This document shows, piece by piece, positions 59,114 to 64,000 of a DNA stretch of 64,000 bases (the stretch's first letter is position 1; each line of letters opens with the position of its first letter). This stretch comes from Myxococcota bacterium (GTDB taxonomy: Bacteria; Myxococcota; XYA12-FULL-58-9; JABJBS01): positions 1,623 to 65,622 of the forward strand of contig JAYZAY010000089.1 of NCBI GenBank assembly GCA_036339465.1, in the 5' to 3' direction. A model generated the notes under the pieces. That model did not search any database. It had not been told where the DNA came from and saw only the letters and a list, made by a program, of their open reading frames with translations. A program made the position numbers and the translations under genes.

Positions 59114-60115
59114 TTAGGTAGCGCCTTCAATATATTCTGGGTTTGCCAGTTTCATTTGGAAGTTTTCAATGGGATTGGCAAGTTGCGCCCAGCTAAGCAC
59201 CACCGCAATCCAGAGGATATCGGCGACAAAGAGGTGAATGAGTTGCATCCAACCCGGAGCGCCGAGGGAAATATTGATGATGCCCAGACCGACTTGAGTC
59301 AAGGTGAGAAATACAACCCCTTGGGCCAATTTTAGGGTGAGAGGGTGGTCAAACCCTTTTTGCCCCTCTCTTTGCGCCCTTCGTTGAACGTGGGTTGAGA
59401 TCCCCACGAGAAAGAGGCTGAGTCCCACGGCGAGAAAGGGGTGAATGATGCGTAGCCGGACTAAGAAATGTTCGGTGGGGGAGAAGTCTTGCCTGATCCG
59501 GGCCATAATGTTTTCGGTGTCCGCAGGATTGATGGGAAAAAGAGTGTCGCCCAGTGCGGTGATGGCGCCGGTCATGCCCACGATGAGTAGTCCTAAAATG
59601 GCGCCTTCAAAAAGACGTCTCTCTGTTTTTAAGTGGGGCGGCATGGCAAGGCGTGGATGAGACCACCAGGCGGTTAGGGTCCCAAAGGCGATGAGCCCAT
59701 GGGTGTTGGCGAGGTGAAGAGCGACCACCACGGCTCGGGAAATGGAGGTATCTTTGGCTACCAGTCCCTTCAATACCAAAATGGCGCCGAGGGCGGCTTC
59801 TGAAAGTACGAAAATGAGAGTGAGTACTGCCATTTTCCGGACGGGGTGGTCTTTGGGAAATAAACGAAAAGCGTAGATGGTGATGAGCAAAGTGAAAATG
59901 AGGGTGAATCCACTGGTGAGTCGGTGGGTGAATTCAATGATGGTTTCAATCCCCGGATCCCGAGGAATGATTTCGCCGCCGCAGCTAGGCCAGTGGTCAC
60001 CGCAGCCAGCCCCTGAACCGGTGATGCGCACCCATGCGCCCCATAAAATAACCATGAGGTTGTAGATGACCACCATTGCAGCGGCCTTTGAGAAATGTGT
60101 GGGGGTGTGTAGCAT
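59114..60115 (-). CDS. ctaA: Haem A synthase (COX15/CtaA family)
   Basis: 333 aa, a polytopic membrane protein with VRITGSGAGCGDHWPSCGG and conserved His-containing helices. Confidence 0.85.
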   Translation of the reverse strand: MLHTPTHFSKAAAMVVIYNLMVILWGAWVRITGSGAGCGDHWPSCGGEIIPRDPGIETIIEFTHRLTSGFTLIFTLLITIYAFRLFPKDHPVRKMAVLTLIFVLSEAALGAILVLKGLVAKDTSISRAVVVALHLANTHGLIAFGTLTAWWSHPRLAMPPHLKTERRLFEGAILGLLIVGMTGAITALGDTLFPINPADTENIMARIRQDFSPTEHFLVRLRIIHPFLAVGLSLFLVGISTHVQRRAQREGQKGFDHPLTLKLAQGVVFLTLTQVGLGIINISLGAPGWMQLIHLFVADILWIAVVLSWAQLANPIENFQMKLANPEYIEGAT

Positions 60116-60232
60116 GGCTTACCTTTCCTGCCTGGGAGTTGGCGCGGGGTCAAGAGATTGAGGGAGGTGTGGCGTTTGGGTTTTAAGGGTCGCCCTTTTT
60201 CGGGCAAACAAACGCTTTTTGAGGGAGGCCCC

Positions 60233-61153
60233 TTAGGTGTCATTTCCGGTGGATAAAACGCTTCGGTCGCCTTTGTAGAAATCGGAATCGTCTTCGTCGT
60301 ATTCTAGGGCGCTACCCAGAGCGGCATCGGGGGTGAGTCCCACCAAGGCGGCGCCGGATCCCCATACGGGTTGGTAGTCGTAGATCTTACCGGAGAATTG
60401 ATTGGATTGTCCCATCACTGCTCCGAGCCACCATAGGGCCTTAAGCTTATTGTCGCCATTGGCTTGGGCGGTAAAAGTTCGGGCCAATTGACTCACGTCT
60501 TCTAGGCGCCCCTCCCTTAGAAGTTCGAGGAATTTGCGATTCCATTCGTCGTCTTTTCGGGAATGAATGCGGTCGTCGGCCGGATCGATCCATTCTGTCC
60601 ACATGCGGTTGGAGAGGGCGGTCACGGAAATGGCCACTGCTTTTTTCCCACTCTCTTGGAGGGCGTCCACCGCCGCCTTGCCCAAGATTAGGGTTTCGGC
60701 TCGGTCGGCGTACATATTGCACGATACCACACAGGCAGGGATTTCGTTATGGGGATTGAGTAGTTTGAGGGCCACGATGGTGCCCGGGTCCATGGGAAAG
60801 CCGCGGTAAGCGACGGTGCGTGCCGTGAGACCGCGGGCATGCGCCGCAGCTTCGTAGACGTGGGCAAAATCTGAATCCATGCGTAATTTGTAATGCATGG
60901 TGCCCAATTCGTGGAAGTCTTGATCCACCAAGCGCCATTCGGGCTGGGGATCGGCTTGGATTTGATGGCCGATGATACTGGGCCACTGACTGCTGTAAAT
61001 TAAGAGTAAATCGGGCTTTAGGGCCAAAATATCTTCCCGCGCCTGGCCGAAGGAATCATGCATGGATTGCCAATTTGGATTTTTCTCCGGCGCGAGAAGG
61101 ATGTGGGGTTTGCCTGGGGCGATAAAGCCTGCGAGTACGTGTTCACACGTCAT
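60233..61153 (-). CDS. amnA: Class III extradiol dioxygenase non-catalytic (alpha, AmnA-like) subunit
   Basis: Start placed at the ATG at 61153 (MTCEHVLAGF), which forms an ATGA overlap with the upstream gene's stop. The LigB fold is present but the HPPH metal-ligand N-terminus is missing. DPADDRIHSRKDDEWNRKFLELL resembles my recollection of 2-aminophenol 1,6-dioxygenase alpha. Confidence 0.6.
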   Translation of the reverse strand: MTCEHVLAGFIAPGKPHILLAPEKNPNWQSMHDSFGQAREDILALKPDLLLIYSSQWPSIIGHQIQADPQPEWRLVDQDFHELGTMHYKLRMDSDFAHVYEAAAHARGLTARTVAYRGFPMDPGTIVALKLLNPHNEIPACVVSCNMYADRAETLILGKAAVDALQESGKKAVAISVTALSNRMWTEWIDPADDRIHSRKDDEWNRKFLELLREGRLEDVSQLARTFTAQANGDNKLKALWWLGAVMGQSNQFSGKIYDYQPVWGSGAALVGLTPDAALGSALEYDEDDSDFYKGDRSVLSTGNDT

Positions 61154-62049
61154 GATTGTGCCTCCTCTGGGATCCATTCCACGATGGCATTGCCTGTGCC
61201 GATGACGCTTCCGTAACCATGGAGATAGCCAGGGTATTGGGGCGTGCCTAAGGCGCCGAGTAACCAGGTAAGGCCCCCTTCACGGCACTCCGAGAGGGCT
61301 TGCTCGATGAAATCAGGCATTTCGGCCAAAATCTGTTGGGTTTTGCCGCTTTGGATGAGGTCTAAGATGTGTGCGTCCCACGAGGCCTGGTTTTTGTTGT
61401 AGATATATTCGAAGCGGGGGTCTTCGGGATCCTCTGGTTCTTCGGTGAAGTGTCGGTGACTGAGGGAAGTGGAGGCTAAGAGCACGGCTTTTCGCCCGGT
61501 TTTTTCGATGGCCGTGCGGGTCGCTCTTCCGAGGGCCAGCATTTCAGCATCGCCCACATCGTTGCTGAAATAGTGATAGGGGCTTGCCGACGAAAGAACC
61601 ACGATGGGTTTGTCCCATTTTGGGTACGATAGATGACAGCTGGTGATGGTTCCGTAATCCACACGAAAATCCGGGTTTCGCATCATCTTGGTGACCAAAC
61701 CCTCGGCTCGGGCTTCGGCTTCGATGGCTTCGGATAAATCCACGTCCACGTCCATCTCGTAGTTGTAACGGAAGAGGTTGGGGAAAATGGGATCTACGGA
61801 GAGATCCTTGAAGTGGGGGACCCCTAGAAAATGATGACCGACCACTGTTTTCCAGTGGGGAGTGTGGACGATGAGCACATCGAAGTCTTTTTGGTTGAGG
61901 CTTTGGCGTAGGGATTCATAGCCATCAAGGAGTGACTTCCAGGCGCCTGAACCGGTGGCCTCGGGTTCGTTTTGGATGGGGTTGGTGGCGTAGACCAAGT
62001 GCGGTGGGTGGGGTGCTAAACATCCGGAGACGATTGTGCCTCGGGTCAT
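61150..62049 (-). CDS. amnB: Class III extradiol dioxygenase catalytic (beta, AmnB-like) subunit
   Basis: Start placed at the ATG at 62049 (MTRGTIVSGCLAPHPPHLVY), which forms an ATGA overlap with the upstream stop. The blocks LAPHPPHLVY, VHTPHW, HHFLGVP, SVDPIFPNLFRY, GLVTKMMRNPDFRVDYGTIT, TGRKAVLLASTSLSH and VIGTGNAIVEW match my recollection of 2-aminophenol 1,6-dioxygenase beta. Confidence 0.72.
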   Translation of the reverse strand: MTRGTIVSGCLAPHPPHLVYATNPIQNEPEATGSGAWKSLLDGYESLRQSLNQKDFDVLIVHTPHWKTVVGHHFLGVPHFKDLSVDPIFPNLFRYNYEMDVDVDLSEAIEAEARAEGLVTKMMRNPDFRVDYGTITSCHLSYPKWDKPIVVLSSASPYHYFSNDVGDAEMLALGRATRTAIEKTGRKAVLLASTSLSHRHFTEEPEDPEDPRFEYIYNKNQASWDAHILDLIQSGKTQQILAEMPDFIEQALSECREGGLTWLLGALGTPQYPGYLHGYGSVIGTGNAIVEWIPEEAQS

Positions 62050-63167
62050 GGCGTGCTCCTTGGTTGGGCGTCGTTGTTTATGGAGAATGCTTCGTGGTCG
62101 AAGTAGTATTGATCCGTGTCTGGGTCCCACTCATCCCAGGTGGCAATTTCTTCGAGTTGGCTTAAGCGGTTTTCGGGGACTACGTTGGCAACGATGAAGG
62201 CTTTTTGGCGGTGGAGGGAATAGGGATTTCGCAATTCAAATCCCAGAGTTCCTAGGATGGAACGGGCGATGTACCAGGTGGCCTGGGAATTCCAGCCATG
62301 GGCTATTTTGACCACCACACCCAAACCCTCAGGGTAGTCGGGATGAACGATGGCCATGCCCAAGAGACCGTCGGCCCCTTCCTTGGCAATCACGGCTCCA
62401 TTACAGGATTTCAAAATGGTACTGTCTAACCTGTTGAATCCGCCCACGAGATCAGGATGGCGCATCATCGCCTCCCAGATCCAATCCTCATCTTTTGTGG
62501 CGGCGAGGGCTGAGAAGAGTGTGGCCAATTCTCCCACGGTATTGGCGATGGTTGGCAAGCCGCAACCATCTCTTGAAATTCTCAAGGGCTGCCAGTCTGC
62601 GCCCAAAAATCGTTGGACCTGCTTTAAATATGCCTTGAAGAAGGGATGGTGAGGGAGGAGGTAGCCTGTGCAGGGCCAGCCTTTGGCTTCACAACCGCGA
62701 ATGATGGCTGCATGCTCACCGGAACAGGTGTGGAACCATCGCCTGGGGCGTCTCACTTGGCGACCAAATTGCACCAGTGGCAGGTCTAAGGGGGTCTGCA
62801 TAAATCCCCAATTTTCTTTTTTGAGCAGGGATTGGGCAGCGGCCACGTGCATGGCGTCTCCGTTGTGGCTGCTTACGGCGATGGCCCGCTGTTGCCAGGT
62901 GGTGTCTTGGGCGAGTTCTTCGGCGAAGACTTTGAGCATGAAGGGTTTCATCATACTTCGACCGTAGCAGAGGACGTTGCCGCCAAAGGAATGAACGATT
63001 TTGCCCCCACTGGCCCATGCCACGGCGCCGTGGATGGTGGTTTCGCTTACGCCGTTGCGTCGATAGTCGATGAGGGGCTCCCATTCGACTTCCCGGCCGG
63101 TGGCAATACCAGGCATGTTTTCGCCGAGGGGGCTTTTGGGATAAAATTCCGTTCCGGGTTTGGGCAT
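62046..63167 (-). CDS. Asparaginase-II-family (PF06089-like) amidohydrolase
   Basis: 373 aa. The blocks RRNGVSETTIHGAVAWA, GRSMMKPFM and AVSSHNGDAMHV fit the asparaginase II family pattern (RGxxVEsxHrG, RSxxKPxQ, SSHxGexxH). Confidence 0.7.
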   Translation of the reverse strand: MPKPGTEFYPKSPLGENMPGIATGREVEWEPLIDYRRNGVSETTIHGAVAWASGGKIVHSFGGNVLCYGRSMMKPFMLKVFAEELAQDTTWQQRAIAVSSHNGDAMHVAAAQSLLKKENWGFMQTPLDLPLVQFGRQVRRPRRWFHTCSGEHAAIIRGCEAKGWPCTGYLLPHHPFFKAYLKQVQRFLGADWQPLRISRDGCGLPTIANTVGELATLFSALAATKDEDWIWEAMMRHPDLVGGFNRLDSTILKSCNGAVIAKEGADGLLGMAIVHPDYPEGLGVVVKIAHGWNSQATWYIARSILGTLGFELRNPYSLHRQKAFIVANVVPENRLSQLEEIATWDEWDPDTDQYYFDHEAFSINNDAQPRSTP

Positions 63168-63170
63168 GGG

Positions 63171-64000
63171 CTATTTCTCCTGAAGATTTGGAGTGACGTG
63201 TTCCATGAAGGCTTCCATATTGTCGATGACCCGTTGGCTGTTGTGGTTGAAGAAGTCAAACCAGAGCATGAGTCGGTCGTGGGGATGAAACCTCTCTCTG
63301 GCCTGCTCGATGATATCGGCAGGGTTACCGATGAGGGCGTTTTTAGCGGCGTTGGTGACCCGCGAAGGATCTAGGGTGCCCTCCAAGGCTTTCCAGTATT
63401 CGCCCAGGGCCACCGCCGCTTCCTCATGGGCCTTTTTCCGCTGTTGCTCGGGGCTTAGGTGAGGTTGGGCATTGATGAACACGAAGGTTGTCCGGGGCAT
63501 AAAGGAGCGTTTCCAAGGGCCGCCACCGGGGTGATAGACCGCGCTAAGGCGCCGGTGGGTATCTTCAATCTTATCGGGTTGGGTGATGGATAGATTGAAG
63601 ACCTGCACCGGGAGGATTTGATTGAGCGTTTCTTGGATTTGGGGGGCATGGCTGCCCACAATGAGTTGGAGGAGTTCCCGCCGCCAATGTTTCGGAATAA
63701 TTTGTAGCGGCTCAAACTTGAAGCGCGGCTCGATTTCGATGGTGTGGGCGGTGGTGTTCGCTGCATTTTGCACCGCCAGCCAATCTTGTTGGTTGCGGAA
63801 GTTTTCGCGTTTTAGGATGGTTGGGTGGATGTCGTGGCTCGAGAGCACATCTCCCCGGAGGAGTTTGCACAATATCTCCGCCGCCTCGGCAAAGACCATG
63901 CCCTTGAGGGCGGGCCAGGCCGCTTCTTCCAGCGGGTTTCGGGGCACAATGCCAAAGGGTTGATTCATATACTCGAAACGGCCACCGGAGAAGCCGATGT
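63171..64000 (-). CDS. Luciferase-like (LLM-class) flavin-dependent monooxygenase; N-terminus beyond the window edge
   Basis: The frame stays open upstream of the listed Met to base 64000 (...IGFSGGRFEYMNQPFGIVPRNPLEE...). The C-terminal part has the typical LLM insertion and ends in GNPADIIEQARERF. The stop lies 3 nt upstream of the next gene's start. Confidence 0.65.
   Translation of the reverse strand, partial: IGFSGGRFEYMNQPFGIVPRNPLEEAAWPALKGMVFAEAAEILCKLLRGDVLSSHDIHPTILKRENFRNQQDWLAVQNAANTTAHTIEIEPRFKFEPLQIIPKHWRRELLQLIVGSHAPQIQETLNQILPVQVFNLSITQPDKIEDTHRRLSAVYHPGGGPWKRSFMPRTTFVFINAQPHLSPEQQRKKAHEEAAVALGEYWKALEGTLDPSRVTNAAKNALIGNPADIIEQARERFHPHDRLMLWFDFFNHNSQRVIDNMEAFMEHVTPNLQEK

Noticed and set aside
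62050-62130. 27-residue extension of the amnB-like gene, and the 8-residue extension of the amnA-like gene (61154-61177)
   Set aside because: The internal ATGs create ATGA stop-start overlaps with the upstream genes. They also give N-termini that match the family (MTRGTIVSGCLAPHPPH).
62832-63374. 180-aa plus-strand ORF spanning the asparaginase-II/LLM junction
   Set aside because: It is antisense to two motif-supported genes, is Gly/Val/Asp-rich and has no recognisable domain.

Overview
This is a gene-dense 64-kb chromosomal window. I call about 55 protein-coding genes and recognise no rRNA, tRNA, CRISPR array, transposase or integrase by eye. All functional calls come from my own reading of motifs; no database search was run.

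Left part: a DUF255/YyaL thioredoxin-domain gene runs off the left edge, followed by an imuA-imuB pair behind an SOS box. A long minus-strand block follows, holding a GspE/PilB-like ATPase, a TrmH-family methyltransferase, a tightly packed purM-purN-purH-purD-purE-purB-purA operon, an HDOD protein and a REC-REC-STAS regulator. Next come the error-prone polymerase gene dnaE2 with its own SOS box and an SNF2 helicase with an unknown upstream partner.

Middle: threonine aldolase, a PAS/HisKA_3 kinase and glutathione reductase, then a glycan-assembly locus. That locus has a region-4-only sigma-like protein, GT2, GT4, a secreted NlpC/P60 plus barrel-like fusion, GT4 and a priming phosphoglycosyl transferase. 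Housekeeping genes follow (tsaC, TrmN6-like MTase, DUF721/DciA, ribE, trpS, tcdA, SDR, CDGSH).

Right part: a REC-STAS-like orphan, then an isolated boxB (benzoyl-CoA epoxidase oxygenase component) with a divergent BzdR/BoxR-type regulator and TGCA-repeat operators. An 882-bp ORF-free G-rich stretch follows. The window ends in a TetR-headed oxygenase-rich island: two PhyH-type enzymes, kynA, an IPNS-type 2OG oxygenase, a Rieske oxygenase, ctaA, and a translationally coupled LLM / asparaginase-II-like / amnB-like / amnA-like operon running off the right edge.

Lineage hint (inference): a Myxococcus-type LexA box and an AgmX/PglI-like domain suggest a Myxococcota/Bdellovibrionota-type Gram-negative.

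Best candidates for something undescribed:
- the oxygenase island and its amnBA-type operon;
- the exporter-less glycan locus with the C40-barrel fusion;
- the orphan boxB-boxR module plus the adjacent non-coding block;
- the split imuAB/dnaE2 mutasome, each half with its own SOS box.
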